From Laetmonice hystrix (taxonomy: Eukaryota), in assembly GCA_965235115.1 (NCBI GenBank), contig OZ249436.1, positions 38,256,001 through 38,320,000 on the forward strand: DNA of 64,000 nt, read 5' to 3'. The translations under genes and the position numbers were made by a program. Below the pieces are notes generated by a model. That model made no database searches. It had not been told where the DNA came from and worked only from the letters and a program-made list of their open reading frames with translations. The stretch's first letter is position 1. Each line of letters begins with the position of its first letter. Positions 29,901 to 41,744 of the stretch are shown one piece after another.

Positions 29901-30160
29901 CCTCCACCAAAGAGCACCTGTCGCTTGAAGAAGTACTCGACTTCTGCGTTGTAGTGTTCCGTATAGGACCCAAGTCTTGTCCCCGTGCTCCTCGACTCGG
30001 TCCAGTGTACCTTGGCGACCCCCCGCATGAAGACACGCAGGGCTCGCATCTTCATATCGCCCTTCAGATCGACAACACATTGTCCTATCACTCGTTGGCC
30101 AGGGAGGAACACGGATTTGTTTTCTGCGAAAACGATTTCAAAACACTTCAACTTCCCCAT
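14993..30160 (-). CDS. ARRDC3: Arrestin domain-containing protein (alpha-arrestin, ARRDC3-like; probable co-ortholog of ARRDC2/3/4/TXNIP), ~450 aa
   Basis: Exons 30160-29902, 18902-18830, 18220-18073, 17549-17447, 17024-16884, 16532-16417, 16285-16063, 15703-15552, 15130-14993, all GT-AG and in phase (1353 nt). Motifs GVAKVHWTE, TSFEGKHGSVRYWLKA, KTLCCWLCTSGPI, GYCPGESI, LPVVIGTVP; PPxY motifs PPPY, PPMY, PPAY. Confidence 0.95.
18420..18647. mobile_element. Tc1/mariner-type MITE in arrestin intron 2
   Basis: TIRs CAGTATGTCCCCAAAAAAATGATAGTCT / AGACTATCATTTTGGGGGGGACATACTG, with TA on both sides. Confidence 0.85.
20415..21918. repeat. Minisatellite, 50-51-bp unit, roughly 30 copies, in arrestin intron 1
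   Basis: Unit GTGCTGACCTGTGATGGTGTGAGTTCTAGTGACAGTGTTACCTGTGG(T)GGA. Confidence 0.97.
23401..25967 (+). mobile_element. Helentron-associated non-autonomous element (HINE/pearl-like)
   Basis: Inserted in an A-run; 5' ACTAGA, subterminal AGCCCCCAA (23422-23430), ~3 tandem 459-bp core repeats (~24118-25400), (GGAC)n tract, 3' hairpin AGCCCCCAAAACCC-GAT-GGGTTTGGGGGCT (25936-25965). Confidence 0.82.
25487..25920. repeat. (ACGG)n tetranucleotide microsatellite, ~108 units
   Basis: Directly visible and nearly perfect; part of the HINE-like element. Confidence 0.98.
26426..27267. mobile_element. Foldback-type element with inverted arrays of ~40-bp repeats
   Basis: Ends CACCGGTGTGACTAATTACC / GGTAATTAGTCACACCCGTG; unit AAACTTACCGAAATCGACCTCTAGTTGTGTTTGGGAGCCCC switches orientation near 26735. 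Confidence 0.82.
28232..29170. mobile_element. hAT-like non-autonomous element
   Basis: Inverted subterminal GATTACCGAAATCAAGC / GCTTGATTTCGGTAATC; apparent 8-bp TSD GGAAAAAG (28224-28231, 29171-29178). Confidence 0.6.
28513..28972. mobile_element. MITE with CAGGGTTTCC TIRs and 5-bp TSD (copy 1)
   Basis: CAGGGTTTCCGCC ... GGCGGAAACCCTG, TSD CCAAC; homologous in opposite orientation to 33876-34147. Confidence 0.85.
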
Positions 30161-30533
30161 GGCATCCTTAGACACCGCAAGCGCACGCTAAGTGCCCCGC
30201 AACCCATTAAAAACGTCAAATTTTCTACAACCAACTACTCTCTTTCTCCATCCTCTTTGTTGACACCGGATATACTTAAAGGCGCATGCGCATCACACTT
30301 TGGGCATATTTTCCATGTTTTCAGTAAAACCCATTTTTATCTGAATTCATTTGAACACGAAGGGATATATGATAATTGTTGACCAACAAGCTACTTATTT
30401 TGTAAAAATGCTTTTAATGAATTTTAGGTGGTCGAACTCCATCGGCCAATCAAAATCGTCCACATGAGTCTCCACGCCCGTCCTGTTCAACCATCGTAGA
30501 GTCAGTGCTACGTGGGGCTAGTTTTCTCTTTGT
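30161..30533. promoter_or_regulatory. Bidirectional promoter region between the alpha-arrestin and PPIB
   Basis: Divergent start codons under 400 bp apart; NRF1-like GCGCATGCGC at 30282-30291; CCAAT-N9-CCACA at 30446-30464. Confidence 0.7.
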
Positions 30534-30557
30534 ATGCGATTTCTTCGTGGTTACAAA

Positions 30558-33500
30558 ATGAAGGCCGCAGTCGGAATTGCCGTCCTGATTGTGTGTTTAG
30601 TATTCTTTCTATCTCGAAATGCAAACGCCACAGCATCGAAGGCAGCAAAAGGACCGAAGGTAACGGACAAGGTAAGTGGAATCATGAGGGTCGATATTTG
30701 GTGAATGTTGTCGGTCGAGGTCCGCCGGTGGCCGGCGGTACCCACCCACACTATGCCCGGTAGTTGCACGAACCCGGTAGTGCACCCTCGCCGCCGGGAA
30801 AACCGGTCGTTTGAGAATTTTACTTGAGAAAGATAATGAATCCTTGAAAGGGAAACGAATAAATCTCAAAGTAGGCCTTTCAGAATTATGTCGTTTATTA
30901 ATAGCCTACCTAATTAAAAAAGGAGTGCCTGGATTTTAATTAATTTGACATTAAATTTGTTTTGAAGTGAAACTGGCACTGAGAACAGTGCCAGTGGCCT
31001 AGCCTGGCTGGGCCTGGGGCTAGGCAATGAGTGTAGTTAGGCTAACCCAACTGACACTGGAATGAGATTACAATTTATTTCCGCCTCTAGGCTCTACAAA
31101 CAAATCATTTTGGGAATTTTTTTAGGGGGGCCTAAAATATATGATAAATATAGGGCCCCCCCAAAAATTCCCGGTTTCTGGTATGGGTGCACGTCACTTC
31201 AGATGCGCGCATCGCTTTTTTTCTTGCCGTCACCTTGGATGACTGTGAATTGTGCTGCTACCTAGTGGTAGGGCTTGAAACTAACCAGGGGGCAGGGGCA
31301 TACCACAGATTAGCATACACAAACAGATTGGAAACGAGATAGGCCGATTTGAAACTTCCGGTTTGCGCCCGTGACCACTAGTGACACCTGGCGAATGGTG
31401 AGATAAACTACAATGCGCCTATGGCAAGTTATGCATGAGCCCGGCTGGGAACGTCCTCAGTCCCATTTTGGACATAGGTTGGTAGCCTACCGGGAAAATA
31501 TGGCTTCCCTAGGCATCCGAGTACCGTATTTTTTTACGCCTGCCACCAAATGCAGGTCATTTGTCAGATATGTTGTCCTAAACCTGTCACGCCATGCTTT
31601 TCCTATGGAGGGCGTTTAGTTTATCTCCTCCGACGCATGGTGTCGCCACTGACAAATCACTGAATTGTGACGCCATCTTTGTTTCACGTCATTACTATGG
31701 CCGTTTCCAATCTGTTTGCAGGCCTCGAATTACACGACGGCATCGACGGCAATTGCCGTCGTGCCCCTTCCATTTGCCATGGTGCCCTCCTATTTTTTGC
31801 ACCATCGACGGCAGTCCAGTGCCGTGGTGCCCTTTTCCCTTGCTACCATGTGCCCTTCAGCTGTAATCAGCCATCCCCGAATCATCCCTGACATCGATCC
31901 CCTAGTGATCACCAACACAACTAACCTAAAGTGTGAAGATTCCTTGTTTTACTGTTAAGCCAGACATGCGAGGTTTGGTTTTGGAGAAGTAAATTTGCCG
32001 TGGTGCCCTTCTAAACTTGTTGAAAATGCCGTGGTGCCCTCCTTTAAACAAGGCCCTCGACGGCAATTTTTGCCGTGCCCCTTTTAACTTCTAATTCGAG
32101 GCCTGTGTTTGTGTATGGTAATCTGTGGGCATACCCAGCCAAATTTGCAGTGGACTCAAGAATGCCAACTCAACACTATGGAGGGGTAGTATTATATTTA
32201 ACTAGATATGTGTTAGGCTTAATTTTTTCTCTCTCTATTCTTTTTTTTTGGGGGGGGGGGGGGAGAAATAAAGTGGACTCAGCTGCGTGTTTGCACATAC
32301 CCACCTACTAACCATAGTTATTTTCATTAACACTGCAACGGAAGTGTGTTGTATTCAAAGCGATGGTCATTTGGACCACTCATGGTCCACGTTGGAGTGA
32401 ACCACTGCCCCAGTTGGACGGTACCATTCACTTTACATGGACGGTTCTTATGGCCCCGAGAAAGATTTATTAATTTATGAAACAACCTCATCACTATGCA
32501 ATCATATTAGCATTTACTTATTAAATAGTTGCTCTTTGGGAAGTCGACACCCAGACACAAATGCAGCCGTGGGCTGACATCCAGCATTCTGGCAGGTGCT
32601 GTGGGGCCGCGGCCAGTTCTCACACATAAAGTTTAAGAAAGTAACTTGAAGTAAGAATTTGCTCGCCTAGCCTTTCAAAGAACAATACCTGTTAGTGTTA
32701 CTCTATTTTTGTTATCAAAAGTTTCATACGTTTCAGTCCATGATTAGTTAGAATAATATACCAGGGGTAATGATCATATGATATTGACCAATTTTCAGGT
32801 ATTCTTTGACATTGAAATTGGTGGGAAGCCCGCAGGCCGGATTGTCATTGGTCTCTTTGGCAAAACAGTTCCCAAAACAGTGGAAAACTTCAAGACATTA
32901 GCAGAGGGGACAAAGGTAAGTTGTTTTTAAATTTTAAAAAGTGCTAGTTAAATAACCTTGTATGGCTATCTCACAAATTATAGCATTATATATCTTATAT
33001 TTTCAGGCTCTATAAATTTTCCAAATATAAGGCAGTGAAATTAAGCTGCAGAAATGGAAAGCAGTCCTAATTATAGAAATAATTTTCCTATTTTTCTTAA
33101 ATCTTCCAAATATTTGGTGTGAATATATATTTTTGTGCTGAAGGACTTGAGCACTGTAGCTTCTTAAAACAATAAAAACCCCTCTTGGTAAGAAGGATGG
33201 CTGATGATATCTCTTCTCTTACAGATGGATGGTGCCAAACCATTAACTTACAAAGGTAGCAAGTTTCACCGAGTTATCAAAGACTTCATGATCCAAGGAG
33301 GAGACTTTACACGTGGTGATGGGACAGGAGGTAAGAACAGTTTAAACATAATGTCATTGTTCAATACTATAACAGAGAAAGCTGAGGTAAAGTTGGCAGA
33401 CCACAACTATTTATTGGGATAAGTGTTGTATTCTGTTGAAATATATCCTAAACATTCAACATTGTGGGCGTGGATGCATATTAACAGTCCTGGCTGATTC

Positions 33501-34424
33501 TTATTTACAGGGAAAAGTATTTATGGAGAGAAATTCCCAGACGAGAACTTCAAGTTGAAGCATTATGGCTCTGGATGGCTGTCGATGGCTAATGCAGGAA
33601 AGGATACAAACGGCTCACAGTTCTTTATTACAACAAAAACCACGCCGTGGTTGGATGGTCGCCATGTTGTCTTTGGAAAAGTGTTAGAAGGAATGGTAAG
33701 CTAGCACCTGACAATTTTCAGACTAAAGTAAAAAGTTCTCAGTGAAGTTTTATTGCAGAAAATGAAAATAGGTGAAGGAAATACAGTGGAGGAGAGAAAA
33801 TAAATGATGAAGTAGTGTTTTGGCGTGTGCATCTGCAGATCACGGGAGAAGGTTGCTAGGCTCGGTAAAGGCAGGCAGGGTTTCCTCTAGAAAAAAACAT
33901 TAGGGTACGGACCAGAGGAGGGTTAGGGTGAGGGTTAATCCTAACCCTAACTGCTGTTACAAATATGTGGATTAATCAAATAAAGACTGCATACTGTTTG
34001 ATTCTTCCAAGTTGCTCAAGGCATCATCAGGAGTTTTTTATCACTTCATGGAAAAATGGTTACCCAGCGATTTTTAGGGTACGGATCCGTACCCTGGAAA
34101 AATTTTAGGGTGCAGAAACAGAATTTTACCCTCTGGCGGAAACCCTGGCAGGCCTACTCTTGAACAGTGTGATGCAATAGGCTTGCTGCAACTGTAGCTC
34201 ATTTTCTGTTATCTCACCTGTGTGAAAATGTAGCACCACTTTGTAGAGAACCCCCTGATATTCATTACCTTTGCCCTTGGCTGCCGCAGAGCGTGGTGAG
34301 AACGATTGAGAATGTGAAGAAGAACCAAGGGGACCGACCGCTAGAAGATGTCGTCATTGCTGACTGCGGCAGTATTGCTGTTGAAACACCATTCACCGTA
34401 AGAAAGGAAGCTTCCGAGGAGTGA
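30558..34424 (+). CDS. PPIB: Peptidyl-prolyl cis-trans isomerase B (cyclophilin B), ~218 aa
   Basis: Exons 30558-30671, 32799-32915, 33225-33330, 33511-33695, 34290-34424. Signal peptide then [93 protein letters not shown]. In-frame upstream ATG at 30534. Confidence 0.97.
31719..32105. mobile_element. MITE with 6-bp TSD in PPIB intron 1
   Basis: TIRs CAGGCCTCGAATTA / TAATTCGAGGCCTG, TSD TGTTTG, internal GCCGTGGTGCCC repeats. Confidence 0.85.
33876..34147. mobile_element. MITE with CAGGGTTTCC TIRs and 5-bp TSD (copy 2), PPIB intron 4
   Basis: CAGGGTTTCC ... GGAAACCCTG, TSD GCAGG; shares blocks (AGGGTACGGACCAGAGGAGGG, GCTCAAGGCATCATCAGGAG) with 28513-28972. Confidence 0.85.
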
Positions 34425-36821
34425 CTCCAGGAGATAATAATAAAATTTGTAATAAAAATAGAAACTTCTGGTTTGACATTATTGACAGGCACAGACCAAA
34501 TAGCCTGGGGAAAGCATGTCATTTTCTCGATTTTTGCCGAGCTGATTGGCTTCCGATGTGGCATCATAATAACTCTGTAATCACGTGCTCGGAGTGGAAG
34601 GCAGCGAATTCCTACCAGATGGTGAAAGAAGTTGGGGAGGGGGGCAAGAGTGAGCGAAAACGCAATGAACGCTTTAAGACCTTGACCATACATTTTGTGG
34701 ATGCAAAGCAAACCTTCGATAACAGTCCGTAATGAACGTAGTTCCAGAAATCGCAATAATATAATGCTGACAGTATTGGTAATTATTTGGGCAGGCACTG
34801 GTCAGGATCTATTTTTTTTTTTTTTTATCTATAATATAGATGCAATGCGGACATATTTGGGGATGGTCCACGTATCAATACCTAAAGTTCGTGACATAAT
34901 TTATTTAGGCAGACACCTTTATAATTTTATTGGTGTATTATTGTATAAAACAACGGTATAGGCCCTATACGTGTACCTCGGTGTACCCTATTTTGAGAGA
35001 CGCCCTTCCCAGGAAACGTGTGTTACCGACTTTAAAGTAATGTCCTGACATCCAATATTCCACCACTAACTCTTCCCAAACTGCTTCTGTTTAAACTTAA
35101 TTGCACAGAAGTATTCTAATATTGACAATTTATGTCATGACGGATGTCATTACATTACTTTAACCAACGGTGTTCAAGTCAGTCATAGCGTTCGTAGGCT
35201 ACTCCCATTTAAATCGAAAAGTCCGCCTTACAATGGGCATCGTAACTGGTTGCGCTTGTTTCTCCCAAAAGGACAACAGACCTTTTTTTATCGCGAAGGG
35301 CGGATAAAGACGGGAGGGAGGCTAAGGGTAAGCATTCATGTGTCCGTCATTTATATAGGCCTATATACACGATTGAATGTAACTATCATGCCATGCACCA
35401 TGTAATATCGAATTAGGATGCAGACCTGTAGGCCTACATGTAGATAGAATAGGAATTCTTGCCACTTTCTCTGGTGGAGGCAAAGTTATATTTTCAACGT
35501 ACGATGTATAAGAATTTTAAGAAAATGCATGCACCAGAGACTCTTAATTAATATTTAACCTCATGTAAATGAATAGGAAGTTTATCTTTAATCAATATTT
35601 CCGAATGAGCATCAGGAGCAGTACGTTTGAAGAACTGTTTGCACTGAATAACCCCTGCCTACTGGCCTACGTGTAGGAAATCCCAACCTCAGTTCCATAA
35701 TGGCCTCGATGTCACGATTTTAAGTTCCCCTTCATTCAAGTCCCCCGGAATGTTTTCAAGTTCCCTCCCAAGAATTTGGGATGGGGGGGGGGGGGTAAAA
35801 ATGGTTTTCAGATTCCTCTCCCCCCCCCCCATTTTTAAACGCTCCCTCGATCCCTTGATTCCACTCGATCCCTGCCCTGCCTATAGCGATAGGCTAATAA
35901 ATTCCCACATTTTTTTTTTATAAATAATCACAAATGCCTGAAACTTTTCATGCGTCTCTCAATGTCATGATCTCGACTGAGGATGTAATGGTTACGCATG
36001 TGTGCGTCTGTTGACTATAAGCGTCAACGTCAAATATCATCGAGCAATTTGATGAAGAGGGCGACCGGACAAGCATTGCATAGTTTCACGATATATATAT
36101 TGATAGCTATTGATAATGGTAGGATGGTAGAAACGTAGGCCTACTTGTTCCCCAGCTTCCTATATCCTGTTTCTCATTTATCTGACTGTAGGCTACTGGA
36201 GTTTTTTTGTTATTAAATACGGCAGGCCTACTAATAAATGTAGGCATAATCGGCCGGTTTCTTAACTTCTGCAGGGAGCTAAAAGCAGGGGAAGGGCTAG
36301 ATCTACGGGCCCGTCGAGAAAAAAACTCCTTTGATACTTTTATACTTATTTTTCTGTGGGAACTGCATCGGTGCTTCGGTATCCGCACCGGCTTGAGAAG
36401 TTCAGGTGGCAGCACGTACTGGACGCATACCGTATCCCGCTCATATAGGCCTACATTGATAAACAAGCACCGTCAGTGTGACGGGGTCGAACACACGGAG
36501 ACGGGATGGCCATCACACCGTCGTCGTCTCGATCAAGATATCCCAGGCCTAGGCCTACAGCAGAACGGTTGGTGTGTGTGGATTGCATAGTCAAGGCGTA
36601 GGCCCTTTTATCGACGTTCCTACCATCTTTCGGCCAGTTTGGTTCTCTTCTGGCAATAATTATTTACTCTGGCCAATCGACAAACGTCAGGAGTAGACTG
36701 ACTGACTGTGCCGGTGACCCATTTTTTCCAACACTGCCTGTACAGGCCTGGTCATCATTGCATGAAAGCGGTCACATGGCTGCCGTAAGCACCATCTGTC
36801 GCCCAACAACTCCATACGATA

Positions 36822-37590
36822 AAGGGTGATTAAAAAAAACTATTCACCCACAAATAGGGCGATGAATCAGTGATTTGGCAAAATCAGGACAATGTAGTAA
36901 TTGGTATGGAAAGAGTAACTCTTGTGCTTCAATTTGGTGGTTGATTCGCTCAGATGCGACCAATAATAAAGAAATACATGTACTTGCCATTTTTCAAAAC
37001 CCCCTAACATACCACTTGCACCAAGTGAGACACAGTCTTTTCAATTGAAAAATTCAAACAAAACATGATGGAAGCAACGAAAAGCAATCGAATGGGCCAT
37101 TGTCATGACTGTAGTCATGGCATATTGCTCCTATTGCTCATAAGCCTGCTTGGTGCTGCTAAAGCATGGTGCGTCCACAGTTTAGACCCTAGCAAAGGGC
37201 CTTCTTGGTCAACGAATTTTTCCGAGACGCAGAGTGCCACTCTGTGGCTGGGGTGTAAACTGTGGACGCACCATGCTTTTTGGCAGCACCAAGACGATGA
37301 GGATGAGGAACATCCACAGATCAGAATTGATTATTACCTCAGCCATGACGCTGGTCCGTTTCATTGCTTTTCATTACTTCTCACCATGCTTTGGCTCAAG
37401 TGGTATTTTAGGGGGTTTGAAAAAGTATTTCTTTATTACTGGTCGCATCTGAGTAGATCAACTACCAAATTGAAGCACAAGAGTTACTCTTTTTGACTCC
37501 ATTAGGCCTACTACATTGTCCTGATTTTGCCAAATCTCAGATTCATCACCCTATTTGTGAGTGTATAGTTGTTTTTTTTTACTCACCCTG
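36822..37590. mobile_element. Tc1/mariner-type foldback MITE
   Basis: ~155-bp imperfect TIRs ending CACCCTG, TA flanks, plus an internal inverted pair (GCATGGTGCGTCCACAG / CTGTGGACGCACCATGC). Confidence 0.85.
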
Positions 37591-37940
37591 TAGTCCAGTC
37601 AAGCTCCGGAAGGCGGGTCTTCGCAAGCCAAGTTCATGGACTGCATGCAGTTTACATTTTCACATCTAGGCCTATAGATCTATAATTATCATCAGAGACC
37701 GGTCAAAATTAACGCCCCTCACCCTCATGACAGGTCGTACAGGCCTTTTGATGTGACAATTAAGATGCAGTGCTCCTTACCCCTATAGGATCAGGAAGAA
37801 CCCAACGCTGTTTAGTCCATAGGCCCAAACATTGATTTTCTGATTAAAAATATTTTCAGGTTGAGTCCTGCACCGCACTTCCCCCATAAGCCCCAGAACT
37901 GTGCCAAGGTCTGACCACAATTAAAAACAGTCGATCAGCA

Positions 37941-39102
37941 ATGATGGCTTGGTTACGGTTCAAAACGTTTACTAAATCCCACCCGATCATCTGGAACAGC
38001 GTGGCGGCGGCGGGAATTTTTGGCGCGGCCGACGTGACACAGCAGACGATCGAGGGGCGCGGCAGGTATGACGTGTCGAACACGGGCCGTATGATGGTGG
38101 TCGGGGGCTCCGTGTTTGGGCCGTTTTCACACTTCTGGTTCACGCGTCTGGAACGCGTCATGCCCGGCACAGGGATGTCAGTTGTTATGAAAAAGATGGT
38201 GCTAACAACAGGACTCGGGGGCGCGTTTCTTAACTTCATGTTCTACACAGGTAAAGCATAGGCCAAGACTATACAAAATATATATGACTGTTTGCCTGTA
38301 ACGTTAAAACGAAGGCTTATGTCTCAGTGGGTCAACAAAGGTTCTCCATCTTGGTATAACTGCCCCCTGGTATTTCCAGTTAAAAAAAATATTATTGGCC
38401 TGGATCCCCAAAACTGACCCTATTGACATAATAATTATGGTAGGCCTACGTGCTCAGGAGGCACTGTCCCCTGCGTACGTCGTATTTGGGCCAAACTATA
38501 CGGCCCTGTCTATAGTAGTCTCTATGTTATAAGCGTAGAAATTATCGCCCATTTCCTGTTGAAGTGACGTCAGCCCTTGAGGGGAAGGACGACATTTTGG
38601 CCGAGGCTCGCGAGAAGTGGCCACGAACGTACGCTGTGAGTTCTGTCTCTCTTCGAATCCGTTCATGCATAAAACTTGAGGCAAACGTATGTGTAGTGGG
38701 TCATTGTAGACCTAGGCCTACCTAAGCTATTATCTGTAGAATATAGGCCTACACCTACAGGGCAAGATACCTTACCCTAGTTAGGCCTAAGCGTGTTTAT
38801 CAAATAGCCCTGTGATTATAATTACATGACTTTTGTTACTGAAAAAATATGGATCGGCAAACAGATCATGCGAGGTTACGGCATTTAAAAAAATTGGTAT
38901 GGTCATCAAGCTTAATATAAGTCCAGACTTAAGCCTCAGGTTAATTTTGCAGACCGCTTGGCTCTACTGGCCGTTCATCCAGACGATATCGTTCCGGTAT
39001 ATCCCACTTCACCTCCGACCTATTTACGTCAACATCTGTGCGTTCATCTGGACAACCATTTTGTGTGCATTCAAACAGCGTTCATTCAAGCATCATAGTT
39101 AG
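37941..39102 (+). CDS. MPV17L: Mpv17/PMP22 family membrane protein, MPV17L-like, ~176 aa
   Basis: Exons 37941-38250, 38565-38635, 38953-39102 in phase. HP..N, D..QQ, W...LER..PG, LEGKDDILAEAREKWPRTY, YWPFIQ resemble MPV17L (QGKDDIF..LKQKF..TY, YWPFVQ). Confidence 0.88.
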
Positions 39103-39872
39103 GCAAAGTAAAGAACACCTGCCATCTCAGGACTTTCCCACTGTCACTGAATGTCTAGATTTTAACTTGTGTTAGAGTGATAAAAGACGGAAACACATCC
39201 CGCTGGTCGTCCGGGACCCGTCCGTTCTCAATGTTCCTACAAAATAGTGCGCCACCGTCTTGGCTGCATTCCACATGAGTTTATTATTAAGGGCTGACCG
39301 GCATATCCTTAAAAACTAAGAGAGCTTATATATACAGCATATAATATACTTTCATACATTGTCACACACAGACTAAAGTTGACCTAGCTGAGATCCCATG
39401 GTGTTATCGCTGATATTGGACCTGACCCCCAGATAAGTTGTTGAACGTTTGTAGACATCGCCCAGCTATAGTATATAGTGGGCGTTTCATTCGCGTTATG
39501 CTTCTCAGGACTCCAAACTCTTATCGACAACCTAGGCCTACGTGTTATTCACTATCAATACGGTTATTATTAGATCTGAACCCTTTTACTAAGGAGTATC
39601 AAATAGGCAGTCCTATAGGACACTGATCACAGGCGCATGATGTGAACGTATCAATAGACCTGCACAAGACACCACCCTTCAAAAACGTCACACATGTCTG
39701 GAGACAATACATAGATCTAAGGGATTAACACATGACTTAACTCAACCAAGCCGGGCGTATTCTTCTCCTCCTTTGAATATCCCATTAATACGGACGAAAG
39801 TTGCATTGAAATTATCAAGACACTTGCTTCCTGGGTCGTTTTCAAACCGCGACAGTATTAATGAACCGCGGA

Positions 39873-41684
39873 ATGGAGGACTCGGACACACAGCCCATAT
39901 TGGAAACCTCTGGACGGAAACAGAGACTGGTTGTCGTGGAACCCGCCCTCGCTATCTTCATGCTGGCGTACGGGTGTATGACAACTGTGCGAACACAGTT
40001 CGTTAAACAAAGGGTGACTGAAGATCTTGGCTTCGACAACTCTTCCCACAAACATTGTGACGTCAATGAAACAGAGGCTTCGACGGGCCAGGACCTGATT
40101 GAGAGCACGAGTGCCAACTGGTTAATGTACATCGCCCTGCTGAAAGTCGTTCCTATGGTCCTTGTTACGTTGTTCTTCGGGTCCCTCAGCGACCATAAAG
40201 GCCGGCGGATCTGCCTGATCCTCCCACCAATAGGAACCCTACTTGGGGCTCTTGCAGACATTTTTGTGATAGCTTTTGATCTTCCATTGGGTTATCTCTT
40301 CTTTGAGGTCATTGAGAACTTTTTTGGTGGCCAGTTGGTGATGACCATCGGTTGCTATGCTTACATAGCTGAGAGCGTGTCCCTTGAAGACCGATCTGTT
40401 CGAATGACAATACTGGATGTGCTGATTCTTCTTGCCACGGGGATCTCCAACCTAGGTGTCGGCTATTGGATCAAAGCTTCCGGGTTCTTATGGCCATTTG
40501 CCTTTGTTGCAGCCGGTAGTTGTTTTTCGCTCGTGTACAGCATAATATTTGTGCCAGATATCTCTGGACGAGAAAAGCGGAGTGATGGACAAGAGCAAGA
40601 GGCCAACTCGAGATTTGGTTTTCTCAAGTCATCACCTAAGCACTTCATCCTCGGCGTGAAGTATTTCATGAAAAAAGATGCTTCTGGTCGGAGATGGAAG
40701 CTGCAGCTGCTGTTCTGGACGTATGCTGTCTCTGAGCTGGTATCTACTGACAAACTTCTCACCCTGTACGAGATCGGCAAACCTCTGTGCTGGGATTCCT
40801 CGTACGTCGGGCTCTTCTCCTTCTACTCGTTCATGGTGAAGGCTGTGCTCATGTTGGTGTTTGTGTTCGTCCTCAGACGCCTCGTGTCACCTGATTGGCT
40901 GGCTCTCGGGGGCAGGCTCTCCTCCACCATAGAACATATCTACATGGCCTTCTGTACAACTACTGCCATGATGTATTTCAGTAAGGATTCCACAATGCCT
41001 CGTTTCCTCCTTATACATGTACATGTAATGATCAAATGAGCATTCAGCACATGGCCGAGTGAAACAACCTGAAACCAAGTTTTGTTGCTTTCATCTTTAT
41101 TGCATATTATGTTACATATTTGACAGTTGCCTACATGTTTATATTAATGATATGCACCCACAGTTCCTATTTTGGGCGGTATGAACCGTATCACGGGACC
41201 AATGATCAAAGTTCTCATGGCTGGCCTGGTACAGAAAAATGAACTAGGTTCGTATGCATACATGTACATGTTTCTTGTCAAGCTCTGGACGTAGGGTCTG
41301 CAGTTCTTTTGTGCCCCTTTAAAGACTTAAGGCCCGTTCACATGCACATAGCCGATGACAAACAGATGTGTCTCAATGTGATGTGCCGAAGCGCCCCCCC
41401 CCCCTCCATGTCACCCCGATGTCGTCCAAAAGAACCGGAAGGGTGTTCGAAATGTTGTCCGATGTTGCCCTATGTATCTATGTCCCGATATCCCTCCATG
41501 TTACCCCGATTTTAGAGAAAGAGCAGGCACGGCGGAAGCAATTTCGGACTGGGACCGCCTATAGGTCCCGGAGGCTCTGAAGTTAAAACACGCTCTGGCT
41601 TATTTTAGGTATAAAACTGCAGCCTAAAATGACTAAAAATAGATTTTTTCATTTCCGTATTCAGCCCCCCTGCTCCGTCGTGCC

Positions 41685-41744
<60 letters not shown>

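Noticed and set aside
29954..30382. 142-aa plus-strand ORF
   Set aside because: Antisense shadow of arrestin exon 1.
30461..30478. ChoRE as in TXNIP/ARRDC4 promoters
   Set aside because: E-box-like halves are 6 bp apart rather than 5, and degenerate.
34265..34798. 177-aa minus-strand ORF
   Set aside because: Antisense to the PPIB last exon and UTR; no recognisable motif.
37065..37496. 143-aa ORF with a hydrophobic stretch
   Set aside because: Lies inside a palindromic MITE; no transposase motif.
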